Source of the DNA: Patescibacteria group bacterium
Lineage (GTDB): Bacteria; Patescibacteriota; Patescibacteriia; UBA9934
DNA: 64,000 bases
NCBI GenBank assembly: GCA_018062825.1
Contig: JAGORL010000004.1
Span: 7,409 to 71,408 of the forward strand
Reading direction: 5' to 3'
The first letter of the stretch is position 1; each line of letters opens with the position of its first letter. Under the pieces are notes generated by a model, which was not told the origin of the DNA, made no database searches, and was given only the letters and a program-made list of their open reading frames with translations. Shown piece after piece: positions 34,442-43,413 of the stretch. The position numbers and the translations under genes are program-made.

Positions 34442-34975
34442 CTATAATTTATACACTCTTTGGAGGATATCTGTCAAACTCTCCCCCTCCTGCTCAAGAT
34501 TCTCAAAGATATACGGCAAAAGGTTCTGGCGAAGCTCATTTGGGTTAATTCCCTCAATGCCAATAGAGAGCGCTGGTCGCATCCGGCTAGCAAAGGAAAC
34601 GTAGAGATTCTTTACATGCGGTGGCTCATACGCAATGAAGAAATCGCGGATCTCTTCATAGGTATAAAACTCATGGCCAAATAAAATACCTGAAGTCGTC
34701 ACGTACACCTCAATACGGCGCGGTGGACGAACATCTTTTAAAACCGTCAAAACTGCAAACATCAGCAAAAGCAAAGCAAATACGAAATTCGCGGTAATAA
34801 CCGCGTATACGAGCATGCCTGCCAGCAAAAGACCCCAGATAATGTACCAACGCATATTTCGAGAAACCGGTGGATATTCCCAGGTTTCCCAAGACATGAT
34901 CACGTTGCCAATATCAACAATCTCTTCCTCTTCTTGCTTTTTTCGTCCAAACATAGGTCGAAAAAAGTATACCAC
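34442..34975 (-). CDS. hypothetical membrane protein (two TM segments plus C-terminal soluble domain)
   Basis: 177 aa with the hydrophobic region WYIIWGLLLAGMLVYAVITANFVFALLLLMFAVLTVL. Confidence 0.45.
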   Translation of the reverse strand: MVYFFRPMFGRKKQEEEEIVDIGNVIMSWETWEYPPVSRNMRWYIIWGLLLAGMLVYAVITANFVFALLLLMFAVLTVLKDVRPPRRIEVYVTTSGILFGHEFYTYEEIRDFFIAYEPPHVKNLYVSFASRMRPALSIGIEGINPNELRQNLLPYIFENLEQEGESLTDILQRVYKL

Positions 34976-35079
34976 GCCGGGATTTGAAATATCAGAAGCA
35001 TTCAGGTACGATGCGCACGGCGTTTAGACCAAGCTAACCGTCAAAAAGATGGTAGATACACAACTTGGGCAAGCTATCC

Positions 35080-35167
35080 GGAGGGGTGGCTGAGTGGTTT
35101 AAGGCAACGGTCTTGAAAACCGTCGTATTGAAAGGTACCGCGAGTTCGAATCTCGCCCCCTCCGCCA
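35080..35167 (+). tRNA. tRNA-Ser (anticodon UGA), type II, CCA encoded
   Basis: GGAGGGG acceptor, anticodon loop CTTGAAA, long variable arm CGTATTGAAAGGTACCG, 3' CCCCTCC-G-CCA. The listed ORF 35034..35264 is an overlap artefact. Confidence 0.9.
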
Positions 35168-35221
35168 CGTGAGCCGCGACAATGGTCGTGCTAACGTGCA
35201 ACAAAACAACCCCACGCGGGG

Positions 35222-36139
35222 TTGTTTTGTTTACCACGAACCGTATACTCGCTCTATATGCCAATCGATTACGCTATCTCACGCGCCATCAACCAAGCCA
35301 CAGGCCTTGCCGGAAAAACGCCTGCCATTAAAAAGAAAATTTTAGAAAACTTGAGCATCTTTCTTCGAGTAACTCCACCTACAAAGCCCTTCAACCACAA
35401 GCCTTGGCTTTACCTCGCGGTAAATTGCGCACTCTTTGCGAGTCTCGGATTGCTCCTTGGTCTTGGCTACCTCTACCCAATCCTACAAGATACATTCCTA
35501 CCAACAAATGATCTTCGTTTTACCAATAACGGGCAATACTTCCTTGTCATGGCCTGGTTGTTTATCCTCCCATTTCTTATTTCAGCTATCAGCTATAGCA
35601 AACTCTGGTTGGTGCCAAGCTGGCGAGACAGCTTCTTCACCTCACTACTTGGAGAACAGCTGCTCTACATCGGAGAAAAAATGACTCCTGAAGAAATCTA
35701 CAAAACATACGACCCAGAAAAATATGGTCGATCAATGATTAAGAGATACATCTTAATCACTACCGCATTATGCCTCATCACCCTCCCTTTGCAGTATCAA
35801 GCCCTGCAAAGCGCTACAACCCTAAATAACGAAGGCGTAGCTATTACCAGCACTTTTCGCCTGGCAAAGCAAAGCTACTCCTGGAGTGAGGTCACAAAAG
35901 CGGAACGATCTTTTGAAATTGATGAGAGCATTATCCCCCAACTCATCATTACGTTTTCTGACGGAAAAACGATCAACCTTTGGGATACGGGCTTCAACGG
36001 TACAAAAACAACAGACCTCCTATCAGCAATCGACCTCTTACGTGAACACAACATCTTTATAACTACACAGAGCATCTCGTCACTCAAAAGCTTACGCAAA
36101 GGTCGTGAAGCGCAAGTACAAACCGTGTTTAATTACTAA
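35222..36139 (+). CDS. hypothetical polytopic membrane protein (start possibly 35253)
   Basis: 305 aa with several hydrophobic segments. Its stop overlaps the znuB stop convergently by 4 nt. Confidence 0.45.
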   Translation: MFCLPRTVYSLYMPIDYAISRAINQATGLAGKTPAIKKKILENLSIFLRVTPPTKPFNHKPWLYLAVNCALFASLGLLLGLGYLYPILQDTFLPTNDLRFTNNGQYFLVMAWLFILPFLISAISYSKLWLVPSWRDSFFTSLLGEQLLYIGEKMTPEEIYKTYDPEKYGRSMIKRYILITTALCLITLPLQYQALQSATTLNNEGVAITSTFRLAKQSYSWSEVTKAERSFEIDESIIPQLIITFSDGKTINLWDTGFNGTKTTDLLSAIDLLREHNIFITTQSISSLKSLRKGREAQVQTVFNY

Positions 36140-36945
36140 TAACGAGACTTCACGAGAGATATAACAATATACAAAGCAAGCGAACACAAAACCACCGCTC
36201 CCCCGGCAGCAAGATCAAAGTAATACGAAGCCAACAAGCCAGAAATAACCGCAATCTCTGCAAAAACAACGCTAGCAATGAGCGTCGCTACAAAGCCGCG
36301 TCGCAAACGCATGGCAGTTACAACTGGAATAACCATAAGTGCACTCATAAGCAGTACGCCGGTAACGCGCATACCAACTGCCACAATAGCCGCAACAAGC
36401 GCTGCAAAAAGTAAATTATAAAAAGAAACACGAATCCCTTGAGAGAGGGCTAATTTCTCATCAAGCGTAATGAGAAACCATGGCCGGTAACAAAGAAGCA
36501 TTGCTACAAACGCAATCAAAGTCACAATGAGAAGTCCGAAAAGATCCGTCTCGCTCACAGTAGTTATACTTCCAAAAAGATATGAAAGAATGCTGGCATT
36601 AAAAGACTTTGCAAAACCAAATAACACAACGGCAAGTGCTAAGCCACCGGATAGAACAAGTGCGAGCGAAGCGTCCGCAGCGGCTCCAGATCGTGCACGC
36701 AATCTTTCAACAAGGAGCGCCGAAAGAACCGCTGCACCCATACCTGCCACAAGCGGCGGAATACTCGTCAAAGCGCCAAAAGCCACACCCGCTAAAGCGG
36801 CATGCGCTAGCGTGTCAGCAATGAGCGCCTGCCGTCTAACAGTAAGAAATACCCCGTAAAGTGGTGCAATAAAACCAACAAGCATGCCGGCATACAGGGC
36901 TCGACGAATGAAACTAAGCGAAAGTGCAAATGTGATGCTATCCAT
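36136..36945 (-). CDS. znuB: metal ABC transporter permease (ABC-3/ZnuB family); ATG at 36945 fits the stop-1nt-ATG coupling seen elsewhere
   Basis: Polytopic ABC-3 type permease. The track start 36990 would overlap the upstream gene by 44 nt, whereas ATG at 36943-36945 follows the upstream TAA (36947-36949) after 1 nt. Confidence 0.75.
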   Translation of the reverse strand: MDSITFALSLSFIRRALYAGMLVGFIAPLYGVFLTVRRQALIADTLAHAALAGVAFGALTSIPPLVAGMGAAVLSALLVERLRARSGAAADASLALVLSGGLALAVVLFGFAKSFNASILSYLFGSITTVSETDLFGLLIVTLIAFVAMLLCYRPWFLITLDEKLALSQGIRVSFYNLLFAALVAAIVAVGMRVTGVLLMSALMVIPVVTAMRLRRGFVATLIASVVFAEIAVISGLLASYYFDLAAGGAVVLCSLALYIVISLVKSRY

Positions 36946-36946
36946 A

Positions 36947-38107
36947 TTAGTGGCTATGACCATGAGAAGCTCGCTCTTCTCCCGCCTCAACTACACCGCG
37001 TCCAAACAAAAAGGCTGCAAGAAGCGTAGCAATAGGCACGGCTAGCATAAGCGACATGCCACCAACTAACGCGCGCAATATCTCTTCAACAATGTTCTCG
37101 CCATTAGCAATAACCCAAGCCGGTGGACTATCCGGAGTTGAAAAAAGAAGAAAAAGCGGCATGCTCGCGCCAACGTACGCAAGCGCTAGCGTGTTTACTA
37201 GTGCTGCAATATGCTCACGCCCAACAGACAAGCCACGCCTGTAAAGCTCACCCATCGATAACTTAGGGTTAGCACGGTGAATCTCCTCAACAGCCGCTAC
37301 CTGAGCAGTGGTGACGTCATCAAGAACACCAAGCGCACCAATAACAATCGCTCCGAGCAAAAGACCCTGTAAATTCAAATCCGGAAGAACACTAAGTTTT
37401 AAATACATTGCTTCCTCTGTTCCCGTACCAGAAACTCCAGTCAAGAAAACAGCTAGAGCCGCCAAGGCAAACGCTAAAAGTAACGAAAGAAGCGTAGAGG
37501 CAAGTGACACGAATGAACGCTTACTAAAACCATGGGCAAAAAGTAACGAAACGGTCATGATGCAGGTAGCCGCAATAACACTTACAAAAACCGGCGAATC
37601 GCCCGCAAAAATACGCGGTGCGACGTAAAAAAGAAGTACCAAAATACTCAATGACAAACCAACGATGGCACCAAAACCACGCCGACCACCAAGCACAACC
37701 GCGAGCGCAAAGAAAGCAAAAAACAACCACATGACACTTGGCAAACGATACGTGTCTACAATGTAATAAAAAGTCTCAGGCGCCGCTCCATAGGTAGATA
37801 AAATAACAACATTCCCACGCTTCAGTTCCTGCGCCTCAAACCCAGGACCATTAATCACATACTCGATAGTTTTCACCGCTCCATCGTCAGCACCCGTAAC
37901 GATCTCAACAAGCACTGTCTGAGTGGTACTAACATACCCCATGAGCTCCTCCCGCTCAGTAGAGACAATATCGATAACCCTGCCTCGCTCATAAGAAACA
38001 GGCGCGCTAGAGACCTCGTCCGCGAGCGGCAATGCATCTTGAGCAAATCCTGTGTTCGGCAACAGAAGCGCTGTGGCTAAAAAAAGTAGGGAGAGAATCT
38101 TGCGCAT
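36947..38107 (-). CDS. YibE/F family membrane protein inserted in the znu operon (ATG at 38107)
   Basis: Signal/TM, a roughly 120-aa soluble domain, then about 8 TMs (..LVLLFYVAPRIFAGDSPVFVSVIAATCIMTVSLLFAHGF..), the typical YibE/F layout. His-rich tail HGHSH. Confidence 0.6.
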   Translation of the reverse strand: MRKILSLLFLATALLLPNTGFAQDALPLADEVSSAPVSYERGRVIDIVSTEREELMGYVSTTQTVLVEIVTGADDGAVKTIEYVINGPGFEAQELKRGNVVILSTYGAAPETFYYIVDTYRLPSVMWLFFAFFALAVVLGGRRGFGAIVGLSLSILVLLFYVAPRIFAGDSPVFVSVIAATCIMTVSLLFAHGFSKRSFVSLASTLLSLLLAFALAALAVFLTGVSGTGTEEAMYLKLSVLPDLNLQGLLLGAIVIGALGVLDDVTTAQVAAVEEIHRANPKLSMGELYRRGLSVGREHIAALVNTLALAYVGASMPLFLLFSTPDSPPAWVIANGENIVEEILRALVGGMSLMLAVPIATLLAAFLFGRGVVEAGEERASHGHSH

Positions 38108-38108
38108 A

Positions 38109-38837
38109 CTAACTATGGTTATGCGTATGAGCTGATCGACCAAATGCCGCTGCCAAATCAGTCGTCTTTAAAATGTGCCGTGTCTCGCCATGGCACACAA
38201 CACGCTTGTTAACACACAAAAGCGTATCAGCGTCGTCGGCAACAAGATCAAGATCATGCGTCACAATAATAATCGCGATCCCCTGCTCTTTTAATCCTTT
38301 CATGAGCTGAGAGAATGTCGTCTTTGCTAAGTCATCAATAGCACTTGTTGGCTCATCAAGAAGGAGAACCGATGGCTTTCGCACAAGCGCCGCCGCAATA
38401 AGAACGCGTTGCCGCTCGCCGCCCGACAACTGACCAAAAAGCCTAGTGCGTAAATGTGTAATACCTAGTGATGACAATACTTCCGCAATACGAACCTCGT
38501 CATAATTAGGCAAAGATGCAGAAAGGACCTCGTGCACTGTAGCTGGAAAATCTGAATCAATACGCTGCAAACGCTGCGGAACGTAACCAATGATCGACTC
38601 AGTAAACGCTCGATCAAGCGGTCGACCATGGAGCAAAATAGTGCCGTGCGTTGGCTTAAGAATCCCTAAAAGAAGCTCAAGCAGCGTTGTCTTGCCGCCA
38701 CCATTTGGTCCAACGATACCAAGAATCTCTCCAGGTTGAACACGAAAAGTAACATGATCAAAGACTGCGGATTCACCGTAGGAAAATCCAAGATCATGCA
38801 CTTCGTAAACACTCTGTGGGACTTTCTTTACTGGCAT
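38109..38837 (-). CDS. znuC: metal ABC transporter ATP-binding protein
   Basis: Walker A GPNGGGKTTL, signature LSGGERQRV and Walker B LLLDEP. Confidence 0.85.
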   Translation of the reverse strand: MPVKKVPQSVYEVHDLGFSYGESAVFDHVTFRVQPGEILGIVGPNGGGKTTLLELLLGILKPTHGTILLHGRPLDRAFTESIIGYVPQRLQRIDSDFPATVHEVLSASLPNYDEVRIAEVLSSLGITHLRTRLFGQLSGGERQRVLIAAALVRKPSVLLLDEPTSAIDDLAKTTFSQLMKGLKEQGIAIIIVTHDLDLVADDADTLLCVNKRVVCHGETRHILKTTDLAAAFGRSAHTHNHS

Positions 38838-39787
38838 ACGAGCGCCTGAGTTAGCGCCTCAAGGTTATTCCTCATAACTGAAGTATACGTGGCTCCCGCG
38901 GTTGACTGCTCGGTAGTCACATTCTCAAGTGGTGATAACACAGCCGGAGTAACTCCAACTTCATTAACAAGCGTTTGAGCAAGTGACTGTCCTGCTGCTT
39001 CTTCAAAAAAGAGCGTCGTCACCCCCTCTTCGCGAATGAATTGTGTTAAGTCCGCAAGTTCACCAACACTTGGCTCATCTTCTGGCGATAAACCAAGAAT
39101 GGCATGCGTTGAAAAAGCATATCGCGATGCCAGGTAGCTATACGCATCATGAGTGACCACGATCTCACTATTCTCGCAAGTAGCAAGCTGCGTCTCATAC
39201 GCCGTATGAAGCGCTAACAATTCCGCCATGTACGCCTCAGAATTCGCACGATACAAGGCAGCGTTCTCAGGATCAGCGACAATAAAAATCTGTTCGATCT
39301 TAGGCACAAGCACCATCATACGTACCGGATCAAGCCAAAAATGTGGATCTTGTCCGCCTTCATGGTGATGCTCTTCAGCCCCTTCATCATCGTGGTGATC
39401 AAGCTCCTCACTTGCAAGTAAATCAACCTGAGCACTAGCAACAACTGAAAACCCACCCCCTTGCGTAACGGCAAGAGCAGTCTCATCAGCCCAACCATCA
39501 AATCCCGCCCCTACAGTAAGAAACACCTCAGACTGAGCAGCAGACACGAGCTCACGAACGCCCGGAGTGTAGTCATGCGCCTCTACTCCAGGTGGAACAA
39601 GAGTCACTACCGCAACCGTATCACCACCAACTGCTCGCGCTATCTCAGCAAGCGGAAAAATAGTTGCAGTAACGGTAAATTGATCATCAGCCGTGCGAGA
39701 GCTTGGTTGAGCCAGCAAAAAACCAACGCTAAAAAGCACAAACGCCCCCGCAACCAATAAACCTACCTTTGGATAAGAAATAGACAT
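38828..39787 (-). CDS. znuA: metal (probably zinc) ABC transporter substrate-binding lipoprotein, ZnuA/TroA-like
   Basis: Cluster 9 SBP with a His/acidic loop DHHDDEGAEEHHHEGGQDPHF typical of ZnuA. Confidence 0.7.
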   Translation of the reverse strand: MSISYPKVGLLVAGAFVLFSVGFLLAQPSSRTADDQFTVTATIFPLAEIARAVGGDTVAVVTLVPPGVEAHDYTPGVRELVSAAQSEVFLTVGAGFDGWADETALAVTQGGGFSVVASAQVDLLASEELDHHDDEGAEEHHHEGGQDPHFWLDPVRMMVLVPKIEQIFIVADPENAALYRANSEAYMAELLALHTAYETQLATCENSEIVVTHDAYSYLASRYAFSTHAILGLSPEDEPSVGELADLTQFIREEGVTTLFFEEAAGQSLAQTLVNEVGVTPAVLSPLENVTTEQSTAGATYTSVMRNNLEALTQALVCQ

Positions 39788-39790
39788 ATA

Positions 39791-40201
39791 TTATCGACAA
39801 GCTCCACAAAAGCCGTAATAAACAAGCGCGTGAGTAATGTGAGTAAATCCGGACTTTTTAGCAACCAGCGCTTCACGTTTTTCAAAATCTTCATCATCCG
39901 CTTCAAGTTCTGCCACAACGCCACAATTCCGACACACGGCATGGTGATGATGATCATCACTAAGCTCATATCGCAGCACCCCATCAAGAAGTCGAATCTC
40001 TTCAATAAATCCCTCACCCACAAAAGTGGCGACATCTCGATACAACGTTGTTTTATGAGGCGTGACCCCCTTTTGCGTCATACGATCCAAAAGTTCAGGA
40101 ACGCCAAGCGGCCCCTGCGCCGCCTCAAGAACAGCACACAGCGCCTTGCGCGACGCTGTTATGCGAAATCCTCGCTTACGAAGTGTATCGATAAGTTGCA
40201 T
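39791..40201 (-). CDS. zur: Fur family transcriptional regulator (probable Zur)
   Basis: Winged-helix N-terminus, HHHH metal site and CxxC..CxxC (CRNCG...CGAC). It sits upstream of znuACB with a palindromic box in its promoter. Confidence 0.8.
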   Translation of the reverse strand: MQLIDTLRKRGFRITASRKALCAVLEAAQGPLGVPELLDRMTQKGVTPHKTTLYRDVATFVGEGFIEEIRLLDGVLRYELSDDHHHHAVCRNCGVVAELEADDEDFEKREALVAKKSGFTHITHALVYYGFCGACR

Positions 40202-40214
40202 ATACAAAAACAAT

Positions 40215-40233
40215 AATGCAACCAAGTTGCATT
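40215..40233. promoter_or_regulatory. candidate Zur/Fur box: 19-bp palindrome AATGCAAC-CAA-GTTGCATT lying in the spacer of the zur promoter (TTGACA-N17-TATTGT)
   Basis: Minus-strand read cATTGACAatgcaacttggttgcatTATTGTttttgtatATG. Confidence 0.55.
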
Positions 40234-40234
40234 G

Positions 40235-40897
40235 TCAATGGGCAGCTCCCCTGGCGTAAGTTAAAAGCAGAACCTTCGCAACGCCAGCCCGCTCCAGCGC
40301 CTCAATCGCCGCCTTTGCCGTGGCCCCAGTCGTATAAACGTCATCAATAAGCAAAACCATTTCTGGCCAAACTCCAGTGGCAACAAACGGTGTATCCCTC
40401 ATTAATTCCTTACGTTCAACGTCAGTCTTCCCCGCTAGCTGACCAACATCAACCGATCGTTGCAAACGATCCTCAAGTGGAAGAACGAGGACTTGAGCAG
40501 CGACTCGCCCGAGAACCTCAGCCTGATTAAAACCACGCTCCAGGAGCTTGCGACGGCTAAGTGGCACAGGAATAGCACAAGCCGCTAAGCTAATGTCAGA
40601 CAAAAACCAAGCTTGTGTTAATCGCTTCTGAAAAAGACGCACGAGCGCCTCGCCCGCGGCTAACTCTCCGTTATATTTATACCTAATTAATAACTTACGA
40701 ATGCCCGGATGAGCATAAGCAAAACAGCTGTAAACGCCCGGTATATCCTGCGGCGGCCAAGCATCCGCAAGAAGCGCGATCTCACAAGTCTCACACAAGG
40801 AAGCACCGACACGAGAACAAGAAACACACGTCAAAGGAAAAAGCGCGTCAAGCACAAATGTGCCAAACGCGCTTCCTAATCGATAGAGTGACTGCAT
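40235..40897 (-). CDS. comF: ComF family protein (phosphoribosyltransferase-domain competence protein)
   Basis: N-terminal Cys4 (CVSCS..CETCE) and C-terminal PRTase motif LLIDDVYTTGATAKAA. ATG at 40897 overlaps the upstream stop by 1 nt (TAATG). Confidence 0.8.
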   Translation of the reverse strand: MQSLYRLGSAFGTFVLDALFPLTCVSCSRVGASLCETCEIALLADAWPPQDIPGVYSCFAYAHPGIRKLLIRYKYNGELAAGEALVRLFQKRLTQAWFLSDISLAACAIPVPLSRRKLLERGFNQAEVLGRVAAQVLVLPLEDRLQRSVDVGQLAGKTDVERKELMRDTPFVATGVWPEMVLLIDDVYTTGATAKAAIEALERAGVAKVLLLTYARGAAH

Positions 40898-41460
40898 TAC
40901 TCGGCTAACCACACAAAGTCATCAACAAGCCAACCTGTCCCGTCAAAAAGAAGCGTAACCTCAAGCGTCTGGTAACGAACCGCAACGTTCCCAGGGCTAC
41001 CAACCGCTTCCTGGCGCTGCGTTCGAACATTGATAACCTGAGTAGTCTCAGTTGAGGAAATTTCATCAAGACCAAGAATGGTAGTGGAAATACCGTAATA
41101 ACTCTCACCAAGAACAGTTGTAGCCTTCATGTTCTCAATCTTAGCCTGAAGCTTGGCTGTGCCAAGCGCAGCAACGTCATCAAGATTGGCAAAGTCCGCC
41201 TCAGACGAATAACTACCTATACGCTCAGCAAAAGTACGGGCAATGGTTTGCGCTGAAACCGCCTGCGGCTCAGGAACCTGAGCTAACTGAGTTGGGGTAA
41301 GGGTAGTTGATGGCGTGGCCTGACTTGTTGAAGGTAAATTATTTTGTGGCGCAGTATCTGGTAAAACCGCTTGTCGACGGTTCAAAACAAGAAACAAGAT
41401 GAGCAAAATAAGCGCTATAACAACTCCCAAGGCTAGTGCAATCTCTGTTTTTCGCTGCAT
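40897..41460 (-). CDS. membrane-anchored hypothetical protein at the end of the secretion locus (possible VirB8-like bitopic component)
   Basis: 187 aa with an N-terminal TM ALALGVVIALILLILFLVL, a Pro/Thr/Gln linker and a roughly 110-aa C-terminal domain. The VirB8-like call rests on topology and position only. Confidence 0.35.
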   Translation of the reverse strand: MQRKTEIALALGVVIALILLILFLVLNRRQAVLPDTAPQNNLPSTSQATPSTTLTPTQLAQVPEPQAVSAQTIARTFAERIGSYSSEADFANLDDVAALGTAKLQAKIENMKATTVLGESYYGISTTILGLDEISSTETTQVINVRTQRQEAVGSPGNVAVRYQTLEVTLLFDGTGWLVDDFVWLAE

Positions 41461-41468
41461 AGGAAAAA

Positions 41469-43409
41469 TTAACTCTTCTTCGCTTCCCCGCCCTCTTTAC
41501 CAACATTCGACAGAGCTCGCTGATACTCTTCACGAGCACGCTCCTGCTCCAAAAGCTGCTGAGGATTGGTAGTAATAATCTGATCCTCTGTATATGAAGC
41601 CACAACCTTCAAAGCGGCATGCTTCTGACCAGCGAAGAAGATTCCCTCACCAAGCGCCGCTTCAAGTAAGAGGTACTTCTCGCTTTGCGTTAAATTGAAG
41701 GTCTTGGAAACAAGCTCAACGCCCGCTGGCGATTGCTTAAGAAGAATCTGCATGGACGAGTTAGTCACAATCGCCTGCCCGTACTGCGATGTCAAAAAGT
41801 CATTAACGTCTTGAGTAATGGTGGTAACACCAAGATAGTACTTACGCGCACGCTTCACAAGCGCAAAGATAAACTTGGCTGAATCCTCATTTTGCATGAG
41901 CCACCAAGCCTCATCAATAACCAAAATACGCTTCTTACGCTCAGAACGAACGACATTCCAGATATAGTTAACGATCGTATAGATCGCCATTGGTCGTAAT
42001 TCATCTTCAAGGTCACGTACTGAAAAAATAACCAGCTGATTGCGCATCTCAACGGTGGTCGGCGAGTTCAACAATCCCGAGAACGTTCCAGTAACAAATT
42101 TCTGCAAACGAGCAACAAGATTGTCAGCCCCATCCATGCCCTCCAAAACATCCAAAAGATCGTTCAAGATTGGATAGTCAGTAATGCTCGAAAGGTTTGG
42201 CAAGTCCGGCGTAATATCTTTCTTAGCATACGCCTCAAGAAGCGCTCGATCCAAAATACTATCTTCTTCAGGTGTAAAACCAAGCGTTCCCTTTTCGCCC
42301 ATCGGCTTACCGATCATGATACGCAGCAATCCCTTCAGGGTAATAACCGCGCTACGTAAAATATCTTCAACCGATGACTCTTCACCCTTTGGTCGAGGCA
42401 GATCAAACGGATTCACCTTAGCCTCAGAAGCCAAAGAGACGTTAATAAACGTGCCACCGACCGCATCAGCCAGCTGGCGATACTCCATTTCCGGGTCGAT
42501 CGCGATGACATCCGTACCCATCATCATGGAACGCAGAATCTCAAGCTTGATGGTGTAACTCTTACCAGCACCGGAAGTAGCAAAAATAACTGAATTCGCA
42601 TTCTGCAAAGAAAAGCGATCAAACAAGATAAGCGAATTATTATGACGGTTGATGCCGTACAAAATACCGTTATCACTCGTAACATCACTTGAAGTAAATG
42701 GAAACGACGACGCAATCGGCGACGTGTTCATGTTAAACGAGATGAGAAGCTCGTCGTTGCAAAGTGGCAGCGTAGAGTTAAAACCCTGCTCTGTCTGATA
42801 AAAACCACGCTTCGTGTAAATAAGCTTCGTCGCAAAAATCGACTCAATCTCCTCTGTGCGTTTATCAAGCTGTTCTTTGCTGGTAGCGTACAGCGTGACG
42901 TAAAAACAAAATTGAAAGAAATGCTCAATACCTTGAGTAAGATCGTCACGCAATTGTTCAACATCGCGAAGCGCCGTTTCCCGAATCGGATCACGCGGTT
43001 TACCGGATTCATTATCGGAAATGATCTGCGCCTCTAAAATACCGGTCTTATCACGTAGCTGTTTCAAAATAACTTCCGATTTAATCGGATAAAAGAACAT
43101 GCCGATATCAATCGTTCCTTTAAAGTTGATAATTGGCGACCCCCAACCGATGCCCACATATCGAGGATACGTCGTAACAAAAAGCGTACGAGCAAAGCGA
43201 TCATTAAGCTTCAAGAACGTTGGATCAACCGCAAAAGATGATGGCGCAATCAAATCACGAACCGAAACCGTACCGCGACGATAAACGCGCTCTTCTTCAA
43301 GCGTTGCCCGCTCCTGGATCTTCTTCTGATCCTGAGTAGACATGGGACGTGCCTTCATGGCATCACGCGCCGACTGCTGTTTCTTGAGGTCTTCAATGTT
43401 AAATGCCAT
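41469..43409 (-). CDS. VirB4/TrbE-family type IV secretion ATPase, C-terminal two-thirds (ATG at 43409; track TTG start 43430)
   Basis: Conserved VirB4 middle region ..RDLIAPSSFAVDPTFLKLNDRFARTLFVTTYP.., Walker A SGAGKSYT and Walker B-region ILVIDEAWWL. Confidence 0.85.
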   Translation of the reverse strand: MAFNIEDLKKQQSARDAMKARPMSTQDQKKIQERATLEEERVYRRGTVSVRDLIAPSSFAVDPTFLKLNDRFARTLFVTTYPRYVGIGWGSPIINFKGTIDIGMFFYPIKSEVILKQLRDKTGILEAQIISDNESGKPRDPIRETALRDVEQLRDDLTQGIEHFFQFCFYVTLYATSKEQLDKRTEEIESIFATKLIYTKRGFYQTEQGFNSTLPLCNDELLISFNMNTSPIASSFPFTSSDVTSDNGILYGINRHNNSLILFDRFSLQNANSVIFATSGAGKSYTIKLEILRSMMMGTDVIAIDPEMEYRQLADAVGGTFINVSLASEAKVNPFDLPRPKGEESSVEDILRSAVITLKGLLRIMIGKPMGEKGTLGFTPEEDSILDRALLEAYAKKDITPDLPNLSSITDYPILNDLLDVLEGMDGADNLVARLQKFVTGTFSGLLNSPTTVEMRNQLVIFSVRDLEDELRPMAIYTIVNYIWNVVRSERKKRILVIDEAWWLMQNEDSAKFIFALVKRARKYYLGVTTITQDVNDFLTSQYGQAIVTNSSMQILLKQSPAGVELVSKTFNLTQSEKYLLLEAALGEGIFFAGQKHAALKVVASYTEDQIITTNPQQLLEQERAREEYQRALSNVGKEGGEAKKS

Positions 43410-43413
43410 ACGC

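Noticed and set aside
35034-35264. 76-aa minus-strand ORF
   Set aside because: It overlaps tRNA-Ser(UGA) at 35080-35167.
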